DNA of 64,000 nucleotides. It comes from a virus. How positions within the stretch are numbered: the first letter of the stretch is position 1; every line of letters starts with the position of its first letter. Location: positions 32,001 through 96,000 of IMG/VR virus record IMGVR_UViG_3300028558_000001; one strand, written 5' to 3'. The notes beneath the pieces were generated by a model. It was not told where the DNA came from. It made no database searches and worked only from the letters and a program-made list of their open reading frames with translations. Of the stretch, positions 1 through 8,888 are shown piece after piece. A program made the translations under genes and the position numbers.

Positions 1-1046
1 ACGATTATCCTGAGCATGATGTTCTGGAAAATATTGTTCAGGCTGCTATCCGTGTACTGAAATCTTCGAATAGTCAGACTTCTATCGTCGATTATGACGA
101 TATGGTTTACTTGCCGTTGATCCATCGTTGCCGGTTTTGGCAGTATGACAATGTATTCGTTGATGAGGCGCAAGATACTAATCCTGCGCGTCGTGCATTG
201 GTTGCTGCATTGGTCAAGAAAGGCGGTCGAGTTATTGCTGTTGGTGATCCTTCGCAAGCAATCTTCGGATTTACTGGCGCGGATGCTGACTCGCTTGACT
301 TGATTGCTAAAGACTTCAATGCTGAAAGACTTCCTCTGACGGTAACGTATCGTTGCCCGAAGGCGGTTGTTGCTTTCGCCCATCAATGGGTTGACCATAT
401 TCAGGCACATGAAAGTGCGCCCGAAGGTTCTGTTACTGAAACCACTAAAGAAGCTTTCCTAGAGCGGAAAGATTTGGATGGCGAAGCGGCTGTACTTTGT
501 AGAAATACAAAGCCTATTGTCGCCCTTGCCTTCGAATTGATCCGCCGCAAGGTCGCTTGCAAGGTGGAAGGGCGCGACATTGGTAACGGGCTAGTAAAGC
601 TTGCTACTAAATGGTCGCGTATCAAAACATTGTCTGCCCTTCATGATAAGCTTACTGATTATTATGAAAGGGAGAAAGCTAAGCTTCTGCCTAAGAAGCA
701 GGAGAACAAGCTTCAAGACATTGAAGACAGGGTTGAAACCTTGAAGGTTATTATTGAAGAGTGCCGCTCAAAGAATCAGGACAAGGTTTCCGATCTTGTC
801 GTGGCAATTGAAGGTATCTTTGATGATAAAGTGAAAGGTATCCTTGTTCTTTCTACCATTCACAAGTCGAAAGGACGTGAATGGAAGCGAGTGTTCTGGC
901 TTGACCGCAAGAATACTTGCCCTTCTAAATGGGCTAGGCAAGCGTGGCAAGTAGAACAGGAAAATAACCTGTGCTATGTTGCTGCTACTCGCTCAATGTC
1001 GGAACTGATTGAAATCATTGTTCCGGCCCTGCCCAAGGCCAAGTAA
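1..1046 (+). CDS. UvrD/Rep-type SF1 helicase, 5'-truncated by the window edge
   Basis: Frame is open from position 3 (DYPEHDV...DYDDMVY). Motifs VDEAQD, VGDPSQAIFGF, TYRCP, STIHKSKGREW, YVAATRS. Confidence 0.92.
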   Translation, partial: DYPEHDVLENIVQAAIRVLKSSNSQTSIVDYDDMVYLPLIHRCRFWQYDNVFVDEAQDTNPARRALVAALVKKGGRVIAVGDPSQAIFGFTGADADSLDLIAKDFNAERLPLTVTYRCPKAVVAFAHQWVDHIQAHESAPEGSVTETTKEAFLERKDLDGEAAVLCRNTKPIVALAFELIRRKVACKVEGRDIGNGLVKLATKWSRIKTLSALHDKLTDYYEREKAKLLPKKQENKLQDIEDRVETLKVIIEECRSKNQDKVSDLVVAIEGIFDDKVKGILVLSTIHKSKGREWKRVFWLDRKNTCPSKWARQAWQVEQENNLCYVAATRSMSELIEIIVPALPKAK

Positions 1047-1098
1047 TATTGGTTTAGTCATTACCATAGGTCAAACTGTGGTAATGCATGAACTAATA
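1047..1098 (+). repeat. Intergenic stem/internal-loop/stem element, copy 1
   Basis: tattggtt..cattaccatag-gtcaaa-ctgtggtaatg-catg-aactaata; G-U pairs form only on the + strand. Confidence 0.75.
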
Positions 1099-1112
1099 TA
1101 ATGGAGGGTACA

Positions 1113-1334
1113 ATGCAGAAAGCAAACTTTCTTGATAAGGTCGCTTCTCTCTATCGTTGTGGTAATCGTTCTGACCATGATGAGAAATTGAATAATGCGC
1201 CAGATGAGACTTGGACTAAGCCTGAAATGGCTGGAAAGGCTTGTTGTGCATTGCTTGATGAAATGCTTCAAGCAATGATTAAGTGCAATGCCCTGACTTC
1301 GGAAGATGTTCAGGAAATGTATGATAATCTATGA
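1113..1334 (+). CDS. Hypothetical protein
   Basis: ORF with GGAGG-like RBS just after hairpin copy 1. Confidence 0.65.
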   Translation: MQKANFLDKVASLYRCGNRSDHDEKLNNAPDETWTKPEMAGKACCALLDEMLQAMIKCNALTSEDVQEMYDNL

Positions 1335-1381
1335 TTAGTTAATAGTTGCTCATTAGAAATAGTGAGCAATCATGAACTAAT
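1334..1381 (+). repeat. Intergenic stem/internal-loop/stem element, copy 2
   Basis: attagtt-aata-gttgctcatta-GAAA-tagtgagcaat-catg-aactaat; identical to 2319-2366. Confidence 0.9.
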
Positions 1382-1404
1382 GTAGTTCACAGTGGAGAAA
1401 ACAA

Positions 1405-1563
1405 ATGAGCATGTCTTTTAATGAAGAGTCTGGCTATTACATTGCTAATCATAACAATGGTTATGCAATCTTTAGTTATGAAACCGAAGAAATGGTTTTC
1501 TTCCATGAAAACTTTCGGAAGGTTCTGACTCGCAAGAACAAACTCATGAAGAAGGTCAAGTAA
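1405..1563 (+). CDS. Hypothetical 52-aa protein (below the ORF track cutoff)
   Basis: ggagaaaacaaATG...TAA; MSMSFNEESGYYIANHNNG...KKVK. Confidence 0.65.
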   Translation: MSMSFNEESGYYIANHNNGYAIFSYETEEMVFFHENFRKVLTRKNKLMKKVK

Positions 1564-1564
1564 A

Positions 1565-1768
1565 ATGGTTCTTACTTCTGAAATCGTGAGAGACTATATA
1601 GTATCACTCTATGGTAATATCGAAATCTGTGATATTATTCATGGTGACGATCAAGAACCTAATCGAGACTTCTGGCAAGTCTTCTGTAATATCAATAATA
1701 CAGGTACTCGACTCGTTGTTTGGGTTGAAACCTCAGAAGACGGAGAGAAGTATATTGAGGTCGCTTGA
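1565..1768 (+). CDS. Hypothetical protein
   Basis: Abuts the upstream ORF and ends at hairpin copy 3. Confidence 0.6.
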   Translation: MVLTSEIVRDYIVSLYGNIEICDIIHGDDQEPNRDFWQVFCNINNTGTRLVVWVETSEDGEKYIEVA

Positions 1769-1826
1769 TTAGTTTAAGCCTAGCCATTAGTAGCGCAAGC
1801 TGTATAGTGGCTAGTAGTGAACTAAT
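1768..1826 (+). repeat. Intergenic stem/internal-loop/stem element, copy 3
   Basis: attagttt-aagc-ctagccatta..tagc-GCAA-gctg..tagtggctag-tagtg-aactaat. Confidence 0.8.
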
Positions 1827-1845
1827 AAAACTAAGGAGAAAGCAA

Positions 1846-2319
1846 ATGAATATTGTCAAGCAAACGGCAGAAGGTAAGACTGTCAAGCAGCTTCCTACTT
1901 ACTTTGAAGTTGTCGGCAATGACATTTATCTTGGTTCTCACAAGATCGGTACTCTCAATACTGAAATGTGGTCAACCATGACTGATCTTGTTGTTGAGAT
2001 GCTTGAGAATGATACTACTCAGCTTGAGAAAGATCATGAAGAAGCTTTGAAAGAAGCAGAAGATGATTATGCTCAGAAGCTTGAAGAGTGGGAAGATAAA
2101 GTAGAAGACCTGAAAGAAGAAGTTTCAGGTCTTGAGGCTCTCAATAGAGAGCAAGAGGAAATTCTGAATAGACTTGAACTTGCCGAAGGTGTACTTGGCA
2201 GGATCAAGGAACTTGAAGAAGAAAACGATGAATGGCGCGAGAAAGTCTCTGAGTTGTCACGTAAAGTCAGAGAGTTGACTCCTAAGCCCAAGAGAAACTA
2301 CAATAGGCGAGTTGCCTGA
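1846..2319 (+). CDS. Acidic coiled-coil hypothetical protein
   Basis: aaggagaaagcaaATG start; long E/L/K heptad region. Confidence 0.75.
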   Translation: MNIVKQTAEGKTVKQLPTYFEVVGNDIYLGSHKIGTLNTEMWSTMTDLVVEMLENDTTQLEKDHEEALKEAEDDYAQKLEEWEDKVEDLKEEVSGLEALNREQEEILNRLELAEGVLGRIKELEEENDEWREKVSELSRKVRELTPKPKRNYNRRVA

Positions 2320-2366
2320 TTAGTTAATAGTTGCTCATTAGAAATAGTGAGCAATCATGAACTAAT
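2319..2366 (+). repeat. Intergenic stem/internal-loop/stem element, copy 4
   Basis: Exact copy of 1334-1381. Confidence 0.9.
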
Positions 2367-2388
2367 AGCAATGAAAAGGAGAAAGCAA

Positions 2389-2643
2389 ATGCGTCCGTAT
2401 AAAATGACGGATAACAAAGGTCTACAGCCTGATATGACGGTTGATCTTTGGGCTAAACGTGACAATACTACATCAGGCCGGGGCAAATGGCGCTTGGCGT
2501 GGTGGAAACGTGGTAAGGATAGCTTTGTATATGCCGAAGGCGAATGCTCAGCTAACTATTTTAATACTGCCAAAGATGCATTGGCATATGGATTGCGAAG
2601 GTATGATGAAAAAGGAAAGATTTGGCCTCGCAATGAATACTGA
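2389..2643 (+). CDS. Hypothetical protein
   Basis: aaggagaaagcaaATG start (MRPYK...). Confidence 0.7.
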   Translation: MRPYKMTDNKGLQPDMTVDLWAKRDNTTSGRGKWRLAWWKRGKDSFVYAEGECSANYFNTAKDALAYGLRRYDEKGKIWPRNEY

Positions 2644-2710
2644 TTAGACAGTTTTATTGTGTCAACTAGTTTAGTAAAAAGACTAGTTGACATAAGTAAA
2701 CCTATCTGAT
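2643..2710 (+). repeat. Intergenic long hairpin element, copy 5
   Basis: Upper stem tgtgtcaactagttt/agactagttgacata; lower stem attagacagtttta/taaacctatctgat. Confidence 0.7.
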
Positions 2711-2739
2711 ATGAGGATTGGTTTAGTAAGGAGAAAACA

Positions 2740-2958
2740 ATGATCCAAGTTTATAGAGTGACAATAACCGTCCCTGATAATCATCCTGATAATAAGGATG
2801 GTTTCGCCCTCCGTCGTCAGTTTATTATCGGTCAGCCGGTTATAGACATTATCAGGGATAAGGTGGAAGCAAAGGGTTATGAATTCAGTTGGGCTATTGA
2901 CCATATCATGACGCCGACTGAAATCATGAACGAGATTGCCAAGGAGTTTGAACGATGA
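2740..2958 (+). CDS. Hypothetical protein
   Basis: aaggagaaaacaATG start. Confidence 0.7.
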   Translation: MIQVYRVTITVPDNHPDNKDGFALRRQFIIGQPVIDIIRDKVEAKGYEFSWAIDHIMTPTEIMNEIAKEFER

Positions 2959-3167
2959 ATTTCAGGGTCTATTACCCTGATCTTGGCTTCTATCTTTCTT
3001 CTGCATATCATACACTAGATGATGCTGTACAAGCAGGGAAGAAAATTAGAAACGATTACATCGTGAAGCACATGGGCGGCGAGTCAATTGCCTTTCATGG
3101 AAAATTCGTCGGTTTGGTTGTGGTTCCTGAAAAAAGTTCCAAAACCATGTTGACAAAGCCAAAATGA
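2955..3167 (+). CDS. Hypothetical protein
   Basis: ATGA overlap with the upstream ORF. Confidence 0.6.
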   Translation: MNFRVYYPDLGFYLSSAYHTLDDAVQAGKKIRNDYIVKHMGGESIAFHGKFVGLVVVPEKSSKTMLTKPK

Positions 3168-3178
3168 GTCTTTAGGTT
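3150..3178 (+). promoter_or_regulatory. sigma70-type early promoter
   Basis: TTGACA-N17-TAGGTT with A-tracts upstream. Confidence 0.6.
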
Positions 3179-3239
3179 GTGGTCATGCTCAAGAAAAGGA
3201 GCGACGGCGAAAACGGAATGAAAAAAAGTAGCGATTGAG

Positions 3240-3302
3240 TGGTTTTTTATTGTTGCATTATCTCTAGTACCGTGCTACTGATAATGCAACAGCATGAAAC
3301 CA
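3240..3302 (+). repeat. Intergenic stem/internal-loop/stem element, copy 6
   Basis: tggttt..tgttgcattatc..gataatgcaaca-gcatg-aaacca. Confidence 0.75.
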
Positions 3303-3367
3303 AACAAAAGACGGTTTCAAGTGTGGTAAGTGAAGTTAACAATTAACCCAAACTAGGAGAATGTAAC

Positions 3368-4069
3368 ATGACCAATACCAACGAAAACGCCGCTGTTGTC
3401 GCCGCTCCTGTTTCCAAGGGCCGTGGCAATCCGACCGCGATCAAGTATGGTGCGATCACTTTCAAGTCGATCCGTGCCGCTTCGAACTTCGTCGCCAAGA
3501 AGACTGGCGAGAACCCGAAACTGGTTTACTCCCGCGTTTATCAGCGCGTGAAGGCCGGTCATCCGGTTTCCGAAGCCCTTCGTGCTGCGCCCCTCAAGAA
3601 GGGCAAGGCTGGCATGACTGTTACCATTGGCGCGAAGACTTTCAATTCGCTCATGGATGCTCTCAAGCACAAGTTCAAGAAGGCGACTGCCGAAGAGTTG
3701 TCGGTTCTTTATACTCGCACTCTCGCGCGTATGAAGTCCGGTCTGTCCTTCGATGAGGCGATTGTTTCGCGTGACCTTCGTGGCAAGGCTAACTGCAACG
3801 AAATCACGGTCAATGAAGTGACCTATCCTTCGCTCATTGACGCTATCCGCGCTCTCTACACTGGCTTGACTACCAAGAATCAGGCGGCGGTCTACAATCG
3901 CTTCTCCACTGGCCTCAAGAGCGGCAAGAGCTTCATGGAAATCCTTGAGACTCCTGTTCGCGTCTATCAGAAGTCCAATACTCCGCTCTCCGCTCAGGAG
4001 TCGGTTGAGGCGCTTCTGGAAATGTATCCTGACGCTGATGAAGATGTTGACAACTCTGCTGCGGCCTGA
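3368..4069 (+). CDS. Putative DNA-binding protein with three NUMOD1/HTH-like repeats
   Basis: Three ~52-aa repeats T(F/Y)xS(I/L)xxA...(V/L)YxR...KxG; basic; strong aggaga RBS; C-ending codon bias. Confidence 0.7.
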   Translation: MTNTNENAAVVAAPVSKGRGNPTAIKYGAITFKSIRAASNFVAKKTGENPKLVYSRVYQRVKAGHPVSEALRAAPLKKGKAGMTVTIGAKTFNSLMDALKHKFKKATAEELSVLYTRTLARMKSGLSFDEAIVSRDLRGKANCNEITVNEVTYPSLIDAIRALYTGLTTKNQAAVYNRFSTGLKSGKSFMEILETPVRVYQKSNTPLSAQESVEALLEMYPDADEDVDNSAAA

Positions 4070-4078
4070 TACGGAATA

Positions 4079-4106
4079 AGAGGGAAGGAAATCACTCCTT
4101 CCCTCT
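4079..4106 (+). terminator. Hairpin after the repeat-protein gene (no U-tail; terminator or stability hairpin)
   Basis: agagggaagga-aatcac-tccttccctct. Confidence 0.45.
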
Positions 4107-4283
4107 GCCCCTTGCAATAATTTCTATGAAAGGAATTTCATGATGAGCAAGGAATTTATGGGAATTGAGATTTTAAATGCCTTGAAAGCCATTACTGAAT
4201 TAATTTTTGGTAGTGGCTTTCTTTTACCTTGTTTTCTATGATTGCATATGCTAGATCATATGTGATTATACAAACCAAGTTAT

Positions 4284-4375
4284 GGGGAAGGCTAGTAGCC
4301 GATTGACAGGTAGCAACTGTACATTACGCTCTCGCTAAGCAGATGAATTTGTTGGTGCAATTCCAACGTTCCCCT
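4284..4375 (+). ncRNA. tRNA-like element or degenerate tRNA
   Basis: GGGGAA/TTCCCC acceptor-like stem and T-arm GTTGG-TGCAATT-CCAAC; D and anticodon arms non-canonical; no CCA. Confidence 0.3.
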
Positions 4376-4397
4376 TCTCTTTCTAATGGGTGATCCA

Positions 4398-4815
4398 ATG
4401 TCTATGGATATGAGCAAGCTGAATAAGAATATCGTGAATGATGTAATTGCGTTTCACGATTGGGATAACGAGGAGTCCGGCGAAAGGGCTGCTCGTTATT
4501 TCCTCCTTGCCTCTCCAATTGACGTGCTGCTGGATTATCTGAATTATAATGGTATTCTTGGATATGATACCGATATTAAGAATATCCTGTCCTCTGGTAT
4601 CCATAAGGGAGAATGAAATGTTGGTATTTGACAATCTATACGGTCAGCCACTTAATTGTATCTGTTATATTTCTCCAACTAAACTTGGATATGAGATACA
4701 GCATAGAGGATTTAATGACTATTATAATCAGGAGGTAACAGAAGGAGATTGGCTATATTATCCTTCTGAAAGCCTCATGATGGTTCCCAAGGAAGTTGGT
4801 GATTGGGATTGTTAA
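4398..4815 (+). other. Two small hypothetical ORFs (~4398-4616, 4618-4815)
   Basis: Tandem ORFs; aagggaga RBS before the second. Confidence 0.55.
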
Positions 4816-4873
4816 TCAGTTGACAGGGTAGCTATAGGAGCATATCTTATAGCTACCTCAGTGAACTTGTTAT
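4813..4873 (+). repeat. Intergenic stem/internal-loop/stem element, copy 7 (embeds TTGACA-N17-TATCTT)
   Basis: agtt-gaca-gggtagctatagga-gcata-tcttatagctacct-cagtg-aact. Confidence 0.75.
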
Positions 4874-4899
4874 CATAGAATACTCAAAGGAGAATAAAC

Positions 4900-5445
4900 A
4901 TGGCTATTCCTACCATTACCGTCAAGGTTCCTCACTCGCAGTATGATGGTTCTGTTATTGAACCTGATTCTTTTGCTTATGACATTACCGCTAAGAAGTG
5001 GAAGCATAAGCTTACCATCGCAAGGGAAGTGATTGAAAGCTATACCAAGTCTGTCATCACTCAGGACAACTTGGTTTCTCTTGGTGTTCCCCTGCTCCAA
5101 GAGAAGAATTTCGTGACTCATGATGTTGAGCGGGCTAATCTCCTGCGGGCCTCTGAGATTGCCCCGGAACAGCTTGTGGATGGCAGCATTAGCGGTATCC
5201 GTACTGTCTGCTCCAATGAGCTTACCAAGCTTCCTGAGACTTCTTCTGATACCGATTCCGAATCCTCTGAGAAGAAGGGCAGGGGACGCCGCTCGCGCTA
5301 TCCCTACGCCACCTGTGCGATTGGTGAAAGCTTTGAGATTGACGCTGGCTCTCCTGCGATCACTCTCAATCACAGCCTCATTGGTAATCGTGCCTTTCAG
5401 GTGGAAATCAAGAACGGTCGCTTCCTCATCACTCGCACCAAATAG
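4900..5445 (+). CDS. Hypothetical protein with a C-terminal basic, putatively DNA-binding domain
   Basis: aaggagaataaacATG; C-terminal RRSRYPY..IGESF..FLITR resembles small phage DNA-binding domains. Confidence 0.7.
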   Translation: MAIPTITVKVPHSQYDGSVIEPDSFAYDITAKKWKHKLTIAREVIESYTKSVITQDNLVSLGVPLLQEKNFVTHDVERANLLRASEIAPEQLVDGSISGIRTVCSNELTKLPETSSDTDSESSEKKGRGRRSRYPYATCAIGESFEIDAGSPAITLNHSLIGNRAFQVEIKNGRFLITRTK

Positions 5446-5454
5446 GAGCCTATT

Positions 5455-5941
5455 ATGGCAACTAATTCTCTTGAATATGGTATCGTTACTTCTGCAACAC
5501 CAGAAATCAGGTTGTTTGATAGAAACGACGATAATGTTCATATGAACCCAATGCCCGGTAAAGGTTTCAGGTTCTATCGTAACTCTCCTGAGACTTGCGC
5601 CTTGCAAATCAGGGGAGAAAAGCGTTACGCTCATATCTCACTAAACGTTCCTGAACTGGAACTGTTGAGGGAAGCAATCAATAATGAGATTGATTATCTT
5701 CGTCCTCCTATGGGAACCAAACGATAAGGAGTTAATCATGAAGTACATGACTCGCAATATCTTCTCTAACAAACAATGGAATTGTCAAGCGGTAATCATG
5801 GAGGTTATGGATTCTGTTAGTCCATATGTTGTCATGATCCATCCTATGTATGGTCCCAACAGGATTCAACAGGAGCCTAGGGAATTCAAAACAGAGGAAG
5901 AGGCAATTGAATTTGCCAAGAAGGTGATTGGCGTTAACTAA
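5455..5941 (+). other. Two hypothetical ORFs (5455-5727, 5738-5941)
   Basis: Each has an aggag RBS. Confidence 0.65.
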
Positions 5942-6028
5942 ACTTTGGAGGTTTGACTAATATCTAATTAGGATATGGTTGTTGGGATATAATGATCGTC
6001 AGAATAAAGAGTGTTTGATATAAAGGTT

Positions 6029-6078
6029 GACTAACCAGAATCCATATGGTTTTATAGCTATATGGATTCGAGTGAGTT
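6029..6078 (+). repeat. Intergenic stem/internal-loop/stem element, copy 8
   Basis: gact-aacca-gaatccatatggtt-ttat-agctatatggattc-gagtg-agtt. Confidence 0.7.
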
Positions 6079-6102
6079 TACTTCTTATGAAAGGAAATCA
6101 AA

Positions 6103-7360
6103 ATGGACAAGGACATTAAGACGCTTGAGCAAGAGATTGCGACTCAAGAAGCCTTCTTGTTTAACCTCAAGAAGATTAAGAAAGAGAAAGAGGATGCAAT
6201 TCGAGAGAATGTCAAGCCTATCTTTAAATGGGTTGCTGTGAGGCGTCATCCTCGCCAGCATGATTCCTTTGACTTCATGTATGATACTTCAATTGTAAAG
6301 TATTACATATATCGTGAGTGCATGAACAAGGATGAAATGAGGGCTGCTAAGATTTCTGATTGGAATTGGTCTACTGGTGGCATGGATTACCTGTTTAATA
6401 CTGGTAATGGAATGCTAATCACTGGTATTTCTGGGGGGACTCTTATCTTTAATGCAGAAGAAAAGGATCGTCATCTTTGGCTAGAGGTATCGGAATTCCT
6501 TTGCAAGAATCCTGATGGCGGTGATCTTACTCATATCTTTGTGGGAGAATGAAACTATGGCCGACTTCATTCCAAAAAATATTCCTGCATCTGTAAAGAA
6601 AAGGCTCGTTGATTGGAGTGATGAGCGGAGAACAGAGGGCAGATACTTTCTAGCAACTGCCTATGGATGGGCATTTGAACCATCAGATAATGAAGATATT
6701 GCTCTTCATTGTAAATCATTTGGCACTAGAAAAGAAGCATTTGACTATGTTATGAAATATGTTAAGCCCTGCTCATGCGGAAGATGCATTCGTGGAAAGG
6801 AATGAAACTAATGATTAAGTATGTACAGATCAATGACTTTATCTATCAAGTTATTCTTGATGGGCAAGTCATTGGCAAGATCAATAGGAAAAATGAGGGA
6901 TGGCAATATACTCCGACAGGATCGAAGATAAGCGGGGGTTATTTTCCTACTCTTCGATCCTGTAAACAATCATTGGGGTGTTAACATGACATATACTGAT
7001 AGATTCCTTGGTCAAGATCATACAGTAGTTCAATATATAATTGAAGGACAATATAACCTAAACTGTTCAGATTCCTATGCTGGTAAATGGTCTTATCTAG
7101 GAGATAATATCTTCCCTGAACATTTTGGGGAACGCCATGCAAAGTATGGTGAAAAATGGGTTGATGTATGCCCATTTTTCCTTGCATATAAAGATGGGTG
7201 GCAAGTAACAGGCCATTCGGGATATGCTAAAGAAGAACTGGCGAAGGAAGCATTCTTGCGCTTTATCCAGAATTACCCGCGTGATGGATATTACATAAAT
7301 TTCCGCTTGACAAAGAGAATCGTGACGGTTAAAAACGAGACTGTAGATTCACTGTATTGA
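6103..7360 (+). other. Run of four hypothetical ORFs (6103-6552, 6557-6805, ~6802-6984, 6986-7360)
   Basis: Tightly packed, same strand, RBS-like motifs. Confidence 0.65.
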
Positions 7361-7383
7361 CGAAATAATTTTGATAAGGAGTT

Positions 7384-8862
7384 ATGGCTAGCATGTTCAA
7401 GTTAATTGATTATGATACTAAAGAAGATTATTTAGATTCATCGGACAATCTTTTCTTATTCGATACTGGAGCCGAAGCCTCTAAGAAGGCCAAGGAAGTA
7501 GAATTTTGGTTTGGTATTAAAGTAGTTGTCAAACCATATATTGTTCCCACGGATGAATGGAAAGATCGTGAACAAGGGCGATTAGATTCGGGTGAGTATA
7601 CTAAGGTCATCCCCGAACTACAAAAGCATTGCTTACCAGAACATTTTGTTCATGTCTCTAAAAAGAACCCAAGTCTCATTGCATATACTGCTAATCCTGA
7701 CAAGGGCGTGGCAGATAAACAGACTCAATCTTCTGTCATGGGCTATCTAGAGCGTTTTGCTCCTACGTTATCTTATAAAGAACGAGAAGAAATTCATCAT
7801 ACTCATATGGATATGTATTGTGCCGTTGAATTAAAGTGGGCGCGTACTCCTGATGAAATTGAGTATGTATATACTCATTATAGTGAAGATGCTTGTTCTG
7901 TATCAGAATCATGTATGAGATATGCTGCTGATGAATTCACGTCTCAATTCCATCCTGTTCGGGTCTATGGCGACTCTGATCTTTCAGTTGCTTATCTAAC
8001 AGATGAATTTGGTTATACTGTTGCTAGGGCGTTAGTATGGGAGGAGAAATTAATCTATTCTCGCGTCTACGGTGGGAATGATGATGGTAATAAACTTCAT
8101 CATCTTCTTAGGAAGAAGGGCTTTAAGAAGTCCTGTGGTTATTATGATGATGGTGAAGAAGATGAGTATACATCTGACAAATCTTTTGATGGCGCATTGC
8201 TTCCTGCCTTCCTTTATGAAGGCGAGTTAGATAATCAGGTTGATGCTCATGTCATGCCATATATTGATGAGGGATCATTCGTTGATCTAATTAAAGTTGA
8301 TGGGAAGAAGAAGTTCAAACTCAATGCTAATTCTTCTTCTGAAAAGTATTATTGCCAGCATACTAATGGTTTAACTCATGATTGTGAAGAATTAGGCGAA
8401 AGGTATCAATGTTATCATTGCACTGATAGATATACCACTACCGATAGTATGCACTATGTTAAGGTAGATCATTGGAGCACAGAATTATTCTGTACCTACT
8501 GTTATAATAACAGAACCTTTTTCTGTGAGGGAACACAAAGGGACTATTATTCTGATAGTTTTGACTGTGTTATCGTTGATGGTAATATGTATGAAGAGTC
8601 ATATGCCGAAAAGCACTTCCGTAAGTGTGAAGACTGCGATGAGTATTCTAAAGAACCATTAATCACAGTAGAGAATAAAGATGACAAAGTAGAAATTTGT
8701 CATGATTGTTTTTGTAACATTTCTTCTACTCTATTCTATGATAGGAAAGATCATCGTCTATACTCAAATGATCTGAGGGAAGAATTTTCAGCAACGGGTG
8801 AAGTTATTCCTGTTAGGGGTATTGACATTACGGTTGCAACGTGTTTCCATGCTCATACGTAA
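7384..8862 (+). CDS. Uncharacterised phage enzyme-like protein (SCM..HPV.VYG..ARA..YSRVYG..MPYID) with C-terminal CxxC Zn-ribbon repeats; paralogue A
   Basis: Clear paralogy with 10750-11832; CYHC, CTYC, CEDC, CHDC. Confidence 0.8.
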   Translation: MASMFKLIDYDTKEDYLDSSDNLFLFDTGAEASKKAKEVEFWFGIKVVVKPYIVPTDEWKDREQGRLDSGEYTKVIPELQKHCLPEHFVHVSKKNPSLIAYTANPDKGVADKQTQSSVMGYLERFAPTLSYKEREEIHHTHMDMYCAVELKWARTPDEIEYVYTHYSEDACSVSESCMRYAADEFTSQFHPVRVYGDSDLSVAYLTDEFGYTVARALVWEEKLIYSRVYGGNDDGNKLHHLLRKKGFKKSCGYYDDGEEDEYTSDKSFDGALLPAFLYEGELDNQVDAHVMPYIDEGSFVDLIKVDGKKKFKLNANSSSEKYYCQHTNGLTHDCEELGERYQCYHCTDRYTTTDSMHYVKVDHWSTELFCTYCYNNRTFFCEGTQRDYYSDSFDCVIVDGNMYEESYAEKHFRKCEDCDEYSKEPLITVENKDDKVEICHDCFCNISSTLFYDRKDHRLYSNDLREEFSATGEVIPVRGIDITVATCFHAHT

Positions 8863-8888
8863 TCGTTAATCAAAAGGAAATAGTTTTA

